A stretch of 64,000 nt of DNA from Hormiphora californensis (taxonomy: Eukaryota; Animalia; Ctenophora). Positions 1-11,300 of this stretch are shown piece by piece; the first letter of the stretch is position 1; each line of letters opens with the position of its first letter. Made by a program: the position numbers and the translations under genes. The stretch covers positions 1,612,001 to 1,676,000 of the forward strand of contig CM035362.1 of assembly GCA_020137815.1 (NCBI GenBank), read 5' to 3'. The notes below the pieces were generated by a model. The model was given only the letters and a program-made list of their open reading frames with translations, did not search any database and was not told the DNA's origin.

Positions 1-3000
1 AAGCCCAAAATCGCTCGTGAAACGAGAAAGGTGAGCTGTATAACAAAACAAAATGTCTTGCTATACAACTGAGGTAGGAAGGAAAATGGAATTGTTAATT
101 AGTGCGTGATCGATATCGCGTAGTGGGGGGAGAGAGAGAGAACGAATCTTGAACTATAGAAGGGGAGAGAGAGAGAGAGAGTTAATCTCATGCGAGTGAG
201 AGAGAAATTTTGCGGGAAATTGAGAGATATAGAGATAAAATAGTTGCTGTTTTGTTCTCTTACTGTGAGAGAAGAAGAGAGGACTTAATAGAGGTTAAAT
301 GTAAAATATGGTTTAGTCGCTGGTATAATACCATGAGGTGGTTCGGGGGTTCGAGGGCAAGCCCAAAGCCAGAAGGATCAAGGATAACTACCTCATATTA
401 TTTCCCCTCAGGGGAATTATACCGGTGCGGTCAGGAGTTCCGCTGTCTAGACGAGTGCAGTGAGGCTGTGAACGGTGCAATAAACTGCCCAGATGAGTAC
501 GGGGAATCCCTGACTGTTTCCTTCCCATCTTGCCTCACAACCTTTTGTCCAATAGACACAACTACCGTTGCATCCGCCAAGAAACGGGTAACTATAGATA
601 TCATGTCACGTGATGCCCATATATGGCGTGTTACATAATGCCCATATTAGGTATGTTCCCAATCCAGGTGATGTGTGGTCTACAGGAAACATTCCAATGC
701 CAGCTGGGGCTTCTTCCACCACTCCCACGAGCACACACCTGCACGAGAGACCACGGATGGGATCCTCCTATGACCTGTTACAACAGCACTCAGGTAATGC
801 CCATATATGGTAATGCCCATATATGGTGTGTCAGGTAATGCCCATATATGGTGTGTCATGTGATGGTCTCAGCTGGTTATGGCCTCATAATAATACGTAT
901 GAGATCCCAGTTGTATCTAGGCTCCCAAGCTCCAAAAAGCAATACATGCCGATACTAAGAGGGGTTCATTACACCCGAAAACTTTGGGCGAGGTAGGAAG
1001 TAACCGGAAACACGCAGTAACAGCTACAATACAGGACCAATACAGAACCAATATACAGAACCAATACAAAGAACCATGACAAGTCATAACTCAACTACAA
1101 CAACCAATAAATAAATTATCTACTGACTGTGGTTCATGTGGCCCAGTGAGAGAGAGAGAGGGCCACCGAAATATATCATGACAGGGAGTTGTTCTGCCAA
1201 TACCGGGCCATTTCTAATGATGGCATTTCTCTGTCTCTTTCTCCAGCCTCCGCTTCTCTCTCTTTCTCTGATCTCTGAGTGTGTCTCGTCTCCGTTCTCT
1301 CTATACCATGACAGGCGTCAGGCGATACACACACTACACAAACATCTCTTGACAAACACTCCATGACAGAATATCACCTGGTACACCCCATTTCTGATCC
1401 CCTTCTGATCAACTACTACATATACTACTTTCGAGTACTTTTGACTACTACTGCAGCAGCTGAATGTCTCCAGCTAGATGATTTGATTGCGTAATTTTAG
1501 AAAGTGGGCGAAAGTTACAGATCATTGATCATATCAAGTTATAGATCATTGATCATATCAAGTTATAGATCATTGATCATATCAAGTTACAGATCATTGA
1601 TAATATCAAACAGCTGCTGTTGGATTGGTTACGAAGTCACCCCTTTTAATGCATACTGTGAGCCTGGAGCCATATTAACGCGGAGGGGTAATTTCATTAC
1701 CGTTGGATAAGTTGTTCTAACTTTCAAACATTTTGTTTTTACCGATCCTAAAGATGTAAAAGGAGCTGGAGGTTCTCTCTTGGAGATCAAAAGAATTTAT
1801 TTTTTTAAATCACCCTTATTCAATATTTTCAGGTATGTTTTGTCTCAGAAGAGAGAACACGGCGATTCGGGATTGTCAAGTGGAGTCTAACACCCATTGG
1901 AACTCTTGCTAGAGAATCCTGTCGTTATGGAGGTGAACTAGTAACCATAAGTAACCAGTAGTAACCAATAGTAAACAATAGTAACCAGTAGTAACCAATA
2001 GTAATTAGTAACCAATAGTAACCTATGGTAACCACTATAGTAACACAAGTGAACCCAGGTTTTGCGACGAGGAAGTGTGGTGAGAATCAGGAGTGGGAAC
2101 ACACTGATTGGAGTGACTGTAATTCTGTTATCACACCAAAACTAACAACCCTGATCAAACTAAATGAACCATTTGGTAAGTTAATTACTAGATGATTTGG
2201 TAGGTATTCGGTGATTTGGTAGGTGATACCTAAGTCAATTAGTGATTTGGTTCGTGCTTTGGTATGTTTATTTTGTGTCCATTAATTAATCAAGTTACTT
2301 CCAGGTGTGCTAGTAAATGTGACTGGTGATGGGCGGCTGGTGAGTGTTCGAGATGTAGAACTAATGATGAGGCACCTTGATAGAGGACCCCTCAACCTTA
2401 CCCTGGATCTTATCTCCCTTTTTCTAGGTGAAATTTGATATTAACTTTGTGTAGCTCTGACGGTTCTGAGAGGGTTCGGTAGTTCAAGAACAGGATCTTT
2501 CTCCCAAAATCACGCTTCAGAAACACATCCTTAAGGATTTTGCTTTCAAATTCACACTAAAATTCACATTAAAATTCACACTTGCCCTCCCTGCAGGACT
2601 GGATTCAACTGTAACACGAAACTTCCCTCTCTCTGCCCGGCGGACCCTCCTTTCCTCCCTCACCGCCGCATCTCAGAGCTACTGCTCCACCAACCCATCC
2701 ACCTCATTCCGTTTCCCACCCTCCCTAACCCTCCAATGCTACGAATGGTTTGGAAATGCAACAAGTCTTATAGAGATCTCCCGGAGATCACTTGTCATGA
2801 AGGGTTTCTTGGCTCCCGGCCAGGTTTCTGATTTCTATATTGGTGTCCCTGGGGATCAGCCTAGTTGGAGTGTTGTTTACAGCATTCCAACACCACCTGG
2901 GATCAACAAACTCCAAAAAGAGGGGAATGAGAAGGGTGGTGGAAAAGTGAGGTGTAGTTTTGTCAGTTTAGTAACGGGTATAACCCATCACCGAGCTTGC

Positions 3001-4549
3001 GTTATGACGTCATCAGTAGTTGGTGGTGATGTGTGCAAGTGTACACGTCACGGGGGCATAGTTACCATGACAACGGATATCTACCATGAAAACACTACAA
3101 ATGCAACGATGTCACGTGATCGAGGGGGAGAGTCACGTGATATGGTGATTACACGTGTTTGTGCTGGGTTGTCCAGTGCTGCACTGGTCCTTTCTCTTAG
3201 TGTGGTGTTGAGGGGTGACGAGGTGATGGAGATGCTTTGGTCAGTCAAGGTAGGAACTAAGAATGATTAGACGTACCAAACGAGACTAATGTGATAGATC
3301 CTAAGGGTCCATGAGTTGATGTGCCATTATTATTGGGAATCTAGACATGATATGTCGAACTCCGAAGTTTCTTAGATTGAACTAAATACCTCTTCCTCTC
3401 CTAGGTGAACGTATTATCCTGCTACCTAGCAGTCCAGCTGGTAGTTATGATGTCACAACTGGCATGTCCATATATGGTATTGGTCATGGAGTATTTCACT
3501 GCATCTGCTGTTCTGTGGGCGTGCTGTAAGTTTAACATTCCTCCCTCCCTCAATAAACCACTTCTGATCTTGCCACTATTTACATTCTACATACTTCCAA
3601 AGAACCAAGTCCCACTCCCGATCTACAGATCTATCTACTACTACCCTAATTATCAACTATTTCTAGGCGGGGTGTTGATAGTATCTCATGATATTGACCG
3701 ATCTTACCAGAGATCTTGTCACGTGGTCCGCATGTGTCTATCCAACTACACAATACCATTTATAATGCCATTGCTACAGGTAAAACACGTGGTATTAGGT
3801 CCATCTTGGATTCCAACAATCTCCAAATCATTGACCCTTTTATCCAATTAACCATTTGATTTGATACTCATTTTACCTCTCAATTCAAATGTCAACCACC
3901 CATTTCCAGTTGTTCGTGTGTCTCCTAAATGGAACTGATAATTTGGATACTTGCCTGGCTTCTGATAAATGCTTTGCTCAGGTAACAAGTCTATATATAC
4001 AGATTACAGGGTTAGAATGAGAAAATATCCAAAAGTACTTCAACTTTTGAGTTGCTAAGAAAATTCCTGGCAGAGAATGTTTATGCGAGAAATATTCAGT
4101 TCATTTATTAATTATTTAATTGATTAGGGACATGGAATATTCTATGAGTTAAATTCTAAAAATAAGCGAACTAACATTCCTAACAGGGCTGGGTGCATTA
4201 TACAGGGACACTAATCAAGATCCTCCTCCTCGCACTGTCCCACCTTCACCTTTTAGTGACCACTATCAAAAACAGAAGTAAGTTATAGTTTCCTATCCTT
4301 TTCTTCCGGGTAAAACCTTGATTTAACGAGCTTGCCGTCCAGAGATCAATTAATCTAGCTTAAATAAAAATTTATATTTCCTCAGATATAGCGGGAGCGG
4401 GGCCACGACTGCCAAGAATAAAACGATTCTTTATATTTACTGCCCCACTCTACGCCTTCACCTTACTTTACACACTTCAAAGTCCAACTCTAGGGCTGTC
4501 GTGTGTGCTATTGGGAGCTTGTCCTTTGTTGACCATTATAACCCGATGA
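1..4549 (+). CDS. Adhesion-type GPCR (HormR + GAIN/GPS + 7TM), multi-exon, 5' end outside the window
   Basis: GT-AG exon chain including 412-587, 668-793, 1833-1932, 2059-~2175, ~2598-3249, 3405-~3525, ~4187-4277 and 4386-4549. Exons 1833 and 2059 give 'CFVSEERTRRFGIVKWSLTPIGTLARESCRYGGFATRKCGENQEWEHTDWSDC', a HormR-domain Cys/Trp pattern. 'CSFVS...RACVMT...CKCTRH' is GPS-like and is followed by hydrophobic helices. TGA at 4547-4549. Confidence 0.75.
1513..1610. repeat. 24-bp tandem repeat, about 4 copies
   Basis: AAGTTAYAGATCATTGATCATATC repeated; explains the (SYRSLIIS)n ORF. Confidence 0.9.
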
Positions 4550-4777
4550 AAGGTGCAGTCAAGACAATGATTTGATATACCAGTGTCCAGTAGAAGAAAT
4601 TGTGTGTGAAAATTGTGTTTAATCATCCCCAAACTTGTATGAAATGAATCTACTGCAGTTTAAACGACACGCACAAAACACGAAAACTCCTCCGCCTAGA
4701 ACAACCAAAAGAATTTTTTGGATCCTGAACCGTATGGCTTACCCCTAAAGCTAACTGATCCCATTTCCCTCACTTAC

Positions 4778-5489
4778 TTCTGAAGTGGTGTCTCATTGCT
4801 GGTGCAGGAGAGAAGTTCGTACTGGACCTGTCCTAAACCATACCCTCCCTCATTCTCCTTCATGACATTATCAGAGAAATCTGACAGGGGAATTTGTCTC
4901 ACACAACACCATATATGGGCAGCACGTGACACACAACACCATATATGGGCAACACGTGACAAGAAATCTACGGGAATTTTGATTTGTCTCGCTGAACAAT
5001 GAGCATGATCTTGTGAAAATGCATGCTCTTGTCTTCCAAAAGATTGAATGGGATCTCGCCCAATTTTGGAATACCATTTGATTAGTGTATTTGTAACTTA
5101 AATATTTCCTTGGGATTTTACTGATTTTAACTTACCGACATTCTTTGCATCTAGTTTATCCTTGCTGTAGATTCCCTTGGCTGCAGCTAGATTCAGTTGT
5201 ATCTCTTCAACAACATTAGAGTCAGTTCCAGCTGTCTGATGGGGATTGTGGGAGGGGTTAGGGCTGAGTTGGAGAGGGTGGTGGGGGTGAGACGGTGGGA
5301 GGAAATGGGTGGAGAATAGCAAATATGGGTTAAAAGTTAGGGGAAGGGAAGTCAAGATAGATAAGGGGATGTTGGTAAACCAGGGATGCCGGAGGGATTA
5401 TCTCTTACCTGCTTGTATTCTGGAATGGGAACATCCTTTGTCTCAAACACTGTGGTCTTTCCGAGGTACGAGGCAGCAGGGTCAGACAT
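4778..5489 (-). CDS. DCTN2: Dynactin subunit 2 (p50/dynamitin), exons 1-3; remainder not seen in the window
   Basis: Exons 5489-5409, 5235-5136 and 4880-4778 splice in frame to MSDPAASYLGKTTVFETKDVP...VEEIQLNLAAAKGIYSKDKLDAKNVDFSDNVMKENEGGYGLGQVQYELLSCTSNETPLQK. This matches the dynamitin N-terminal motifs (VYETxD, DFSD, YE, ETPxQK) as recalled. Confidence 0.85.
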
Positions 5490-6296
5490 TGCTAATTGGA
5501 GGTAATTAGTTAATTAAAGTTGTGTCCAACACGCTTCCTTGAAGCTTGAATTGTAACTCCAGAATATTGCTCAAAATCAAGACGAGAGTGAGCGTGTGAG
5601 TGTCGTGCGAGCAGTGCTGGAAAGTGTACTTTCATTTATTACGCGCGCGGGCGCATTACATTTACTGAACCAACCACACTGAGTTTCTCAGTGGATGTGT
5701 GCAGCTCCTTTCTCTCACATGAACTTTCTTTCACAATGCTAAGTACATTCATATCTCCACATAAGAATATTAGTAAGGTCTCTTTAACTCACTACAATAC
5801 TTTTGGGTCAAACCAACAGCGGTTGAAGCAATGTGTATGTTTCAAATAAATCGGGGCACACACACACAGGCATACAGGGTGGCGTTTACATTAAATTACA
5901 CACACAGAGCTAAGGGCACATACGGCAGCCCCACTACAACACACATCTCCTCTCTCATTCTCCTTTCTCACATGTACCCTGTAAGTTGTAACTAACATGC
6001 AATACAATTCAAATTGAAATCTGGCATATATCCAAAAAAGAATAATGGAGTTTCTTTACACTGCTAATTTGTCCATACTTTTCGGGGGGGGGGGGGGGGG
6101 GGGGGCTGCATGAGAAAGACTGGATAAAAAAGAGTCCAGAGATAAGTAAGGAGATAGACCATTATAATAATTGAGACGGGTCCAAAAGAATATTCAGTAC
6201 TAATTATACATAAACAGTAAACATATTATAATCGCAGCAGTGAGCAGAGTATCCGAAATACAACTGTATTATTATTGTTTATTATTGTTACATATA

Positions 6297-6739
6297 CTAG
6301 AGTACCCGTTTGCTGGGAACCCGTGACCTGGTAAATGGTAATTTATCCTCATATAACCGGTGACATTTGTGTTTGATTTTTAAAAGACTAGAGAGCCCAG
6401 GCAAAAGACCCAAAACTACTCTCGCCCCCTACTGACTCCCCCCACCCCTATCGAATCCTCTCAATATCTACTGACTGCTCTCGCCCCACATTATTGAATA
6501 CTCATTCCTCAACACCCTCCTTCCCCCCGCCCCCCCGCTATGTTGACCAACTCACCCCATAACCCCCTTACAGCCAGTTGGAGTCCTATAACAACCCCAA
6601 CCCCCCCCCCCCGTCTCCATGTCTCTCTCTCCCCCTCTCCATCTCCCTCTCTTTCCCTGTCCCCTCTCCAATGGATAGTCTCCATCTATCCCCTATCCCC
6701 CTCTCTCTCTATCCCTCTCACCCCATCATTCGATTCCCT

Positions 6740-6788
<49 letters not shown>

Positions 6789-7198
6789 CCTCTTTCTCTC
6801 TGTCGTCGTCTTCATATCGGGCTGGTGAATATAATGGAAGCTGGTACAGGGAAGTCTTTAGAGTACTGCAGCTGAAGAACATACCGAATCAGGTGATAAA
6901 GATCCGTAGAACTGGAGCTGTGTAGAGTTATTAAAGCTGGGATACGAATTGGTAGAAAAGCTGAGGCATTCATCGGGGCCGCAGCAGTAGATGGCCAAGC
7001 ACCACAAAACACGACAGGAACACGCAATAAAACACCCAACAACATGCACGTGCAGTATTAAACTCTTGCCCACCATCATGGCAACTCCCCAAACCCCCCA
7101 CCAACTACCCCTAACAACACGCTAATTTTCCACGTGCAAACCCTAAAACCCCCTCCCCCAAATTTTGTCTTGCAAGGTTCTCTGCTTTATAATATAGA
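6297..7198 (-). mobile_element. Non-autonomous Helitron-like element
   Basis: On the minus strand it begins A|TCTATATTATAAAG and ends ...CCCAGCAAACGGGTACTCTAG|T: 5' TC, 3' CTAG with a weak subterminal hairpin, inserted at A|T, no TSD. Confidence 0.6.
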
Positions 7199-7233
7199 TA
7201 ATTTGTTTGTTCCTTAGAGCAATGAGTCTCATA

Positions 7234-7480
7234 GTAGGAGCGGTTAGATCAGCACGTGCAGAAAGTTGCGCGCCACCCTAATCTCAGGTTACTCTCACGG
7301 CTTCATTTTGCATCCAATCCAAAAGTGACCTTCATCAAACCTGTAGATCTCCTCAAGGAGAAGCGAAAAACTTGAGGGACATTTCTTGATAATGATTGGA
7401 TGCGACCTCGAGGAGCTATGACAATGCGCAAAAAGGGGTGGCATGCGACTTTAACCACGTGGTGATCTAACCGCTCCTAC
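7234..7480. mobile_element. MITE with ~50-bp imperfect TIRs
   Basis: GTAGGAGCGGTTAGATCAGCACGTG ... CACGTGGTGATCTAACCGCTCCTAC, with ATA on both flanks. Confidence 0.7.
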
Positions 7481-8342
7481 ATATCATACACCTTGGGTTT
7501 TTGAAAAAACGGCCATTACAATTTTGGCGAGGCGGGTAAATCATTTACTGTAACACGCAAATTTTCCCAAAAAGCGCTGCTTTTTTACGCCGCGTGCGGA
7601 ACCTAGAATTACGCGCGCAGTGTAAAATTTTAAAATTCATTAAAAATTTCCTCGCGTTTTATGTCGCCAAAAAAAGTCGACGAAAAATTCCAAATTCGTG
7701 AATTTAGAATTATAAGAACTCCGGTCAGTTCTCATCTTGCCAATCCGTTTTCCGGGAACCCCTGGCCAAAGGACATTAAAGTTCACATAACGACCAAGTT
7801 TCATATCGATTGGATAAGATTTTGGGTGGCTACGGTGAAAAATATCGTATTTTTGGCATTTTTAACTTTGCCGACGCGATTTACGACCCTTAAACATTGA
7901 GTTACGGGAAATCGCTATCATGTAAAATGAAGTTCAAACGATTCTCTTTCCCCACTATTGCGTTAGTTTTTTGATTTAGAGCCGTTTTCAGGGTCTTAGA
8001 AGCGTTTGAAAAATGTAAATCTTTTTGTCGCAATGACGTCACCCCGTGACGTCACTGCTGTAAAGATCGGATCAAAAATCTGAGCCCGTACTTACATCCG
8101 CCTTGGTCCAAGGTACCAGTGTACAAATTTTCAGGGGTCTAGCTCAAAAACTGTGGGAGGAGTTTGAAAAACCAATTAACGGACAGACTGACTAACATTA
8201 TGGAATTTATTATATGGATTGTTTATCATAGGCTAAAACACAGATAAGAAGAGGAATTACATGCAATTTTTAAAAATTAAAAAAAAAAGTTATACGAAAC
8301 GTTCAAACACAATATGTGATTATTTCATGTGGACCGGCTACT

Positions 8343-11300
8343 CTAGATCTTTTGTTTTATTTTCCCAAGTAAGGGGCAATATTTCGAATGCTGCGAATCT
8401 TTCTCGTAGCATGTCTTCGAACAGTAGGGATGCCTGCACTTTTTGCACCTAGAAAGGATTGACAATAATATTGGATTGGGTAAAGCCATATAGAAGAAGA
8501 ATGCGAGACAAAAGTTCAAGTATTACCTGACAAAGCCACTGTGGCCTTGTGGGTTCTCATTAATAGTCTCGCAGATGATACAAAATGGTGGGAAACTCAG
8601 ATAACCCTGACGTTTACTGTACCTAATGATAATCGTGGTCAATTGTAATAATAATAATAGATCTGCCCACGTAGATACACATAATATTTTTCATTCTAAT
8701 TTTCAAATATTTACTAAAATCACTGATTTCATAAAATAACCAATAACATACTTTACGAGACTGTGATAGTAGTACTGTAGTAAGATTGAAGTGTTGATTA
8801 GAGATGATTGAATATAAATAAGCAAATCCAGACAACATTTCAAGACACATTCCCACTGTTTCAACTTGGTTAGAATCTTGACCCGTCTAATTCTCGCCTT
8901 TACCATTGTTTTGCCCTGAAAACAGACGGTCGTTTTCTTTAAAAAATATAGAGCGATTCACACTTACCAGTTCCATGATCTTCCAAAGGCCGGGGTTGGT
9001 TGAACAACCGGCAATCATTATGAAGATTTGAGCAATCTGATTGATAACAAACGTGGAATCAGCTAGGGCCTCTTGGTATTTCCCTTGTTCAAAATGTGCC
9101 GCTGATCTGAAGAAAATTAATTTGGTCCTCGACTCTTTTTTCTGATCAGTATAGTAGGAAACAGAAATGAATAATTACACTTAAATGAACAAGTTCCCGT
9201 TACCTGTTATTTATAGTGATAGTCAGCACATGGTACATGTTTATCAGCTCTGGGTCATCACTGAAATAGTGAGGTGAAATAGTGAAGCTAATTAGGGTAG
9301 CGACTGGCTATTTGAAATGGCAGCTAATTTGAAACACCCCAAGCAGGTGCACCAGATTAGGATTTATCGACTTCAGTGGGCTTGACTAGTTCTGATTGGG
9401 CGCCGTTACGATCTGGGTGTTTGGAGGCCTGTTTACAGGTGCGCGCTGCCAAAAAAGTTGATTCACTAAAATGGCTATAACCGCCAAACCACTCAACCGT
9501 TTTGGCTGATTCAAAGTTTATCTGGTAGGGAATGCCCCAACCCAAACCCAAACCCCAACCCTAACCCTACTTTAGCCCTAACCCTAAAAAACCCGTTTGT
9601 CAGCACTCCCAAAACACCCAGATTTTAACGCTGGCCGTTCTGACTAGCCCACTTATGATGTAAAACGAATTATTCTTGTTATTATGCAAACTTTGCCAAG
9701 CTAGACTGCCATTCGTGTGCCCCGCATGCGAATGACGTCCCTTTACAGATGTAAAGGGAGGGTCAGAACATAACAAATGCAGACTTACCAGAAAGTATCG
9801 GGTGATTGGATTCTGAAGTAACACGAGATGATGACGCTAGTATATACATCAGCTGCATCGACAAACTTTCGTTGTGCATAGAAGTGATTGCCCAATTCCT
9901 TAAATTCCACCGGATTAGTTTTCAGATCAAAACCAAACGGTATCATGGTTCGTGGTGTTAAATAAGCTTTTACCAGATTTCCCAAAGTCTGATAGAAGTT
10001 ACAATAATCTGGGTTGTTCTGCTCCAGCTCTATCAGATTTATCAAAAGAGTAACTCCTTGCTGTAATCAAGAGAGAGAGAGAGAAATGGGAAGAGTGCTT
10101 TGAAATGTACACATATTACAGTAGGGTAGCGACTAGCTATTTGAAATGGCGGCTAATTTGAAACCCCCCTCTACAGGCCAGCAGGTGCACCAGATTTGGA
10201 TTTTTAGACATCATGTCAGAACTCATACCAAGCCCACTGATGTCTAAAAATCCAAATCTGGTGCACCTGCTGGCCTGTTATAGAGGGGTTGTTTCAAATT
10301 AGCCGCTATTTCAAATAGCTAGTCGCTACCCTATACGATATAAGCATAAACCCCCTCCGGGCTCCCCCATTGGCTCACGGAGTTGGTAGCGGCGAATTTG
10401 AAGGTATCTTGATCTGTATTTATCTGGAACAGTCTTGGAAGCATTTTCAGGTATTCGGGAACTCGTTGAGCCCGAGGTTGGTAAAAAGGGCTCGATAGGC
10501 TCAGTTTCATTCTTTGTAGGAACTCTTTTTCAGTAGATTTCAGAATTCTTATAGAAGTATCTGCGAACAACATCAAAAATATCTCGTACGGGTGGACTCC
10601 GATATTCCGGGAGGATAATCGTGGCCAAATATTTGTATAGGACTGTTACAGTATTACATAAAAACGTTTTTAATCTGTAATGTTTTACCTACTACCTTTT
10701 ACGCAACTTGAAAGATAACAGTCCACAATGATTAGCAAATAATTAGAGAATCGTATCAGTTTACTCCCCAATCCAAGAAAGTTGCTTGCTGAAACAAACG
10801 GGTTACAAATTACATTTAATCTTTCTACTCTATCTAAAACAAAAAGAGCCAAAACTTGACCGACCATTGACCAACGGATCAGATCAAATCCCTCAAGTAT
10901 GTTTTTCTCTCTCTTTTATTAGTACAGTCGGACCCCGATTTAGTGGCATCCTCGGTGGAAAGAAATCCTGCCACTAAATCGGGGTGCCACTAAATCGGGG
11001 TGAGCCATATTTGGCGGGGGGGTTCCAACCTATTTTTTTGTATTTTTTTGTATTTTTTTGTATTTTTTTGTACGGACCATACATAAAAGTATCCAAAATT
11101 CCTGTTTTTTTCCATACAAACAATACAAAAAAATACAAAAAAATACAAAAAATAATGAAGGATGTGGGTACGTGAAAAAGTATAAATAATACATGTACAT
11201 GAACATAAACGGAACCCAGCTATACATAAACGGTAAGAAATTGCGATTCGGGGAAATTTCTCGCTTAGAAAATACGATTCGAGAAAATTTTCTCGGTAAG

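Noticed and set aside
9540-9586. Telomere or interstitial telomeric array
   Set aside because: Only a few degenerate CCCTAA units, inside a dispersed repeat also present at ~20140-20210.
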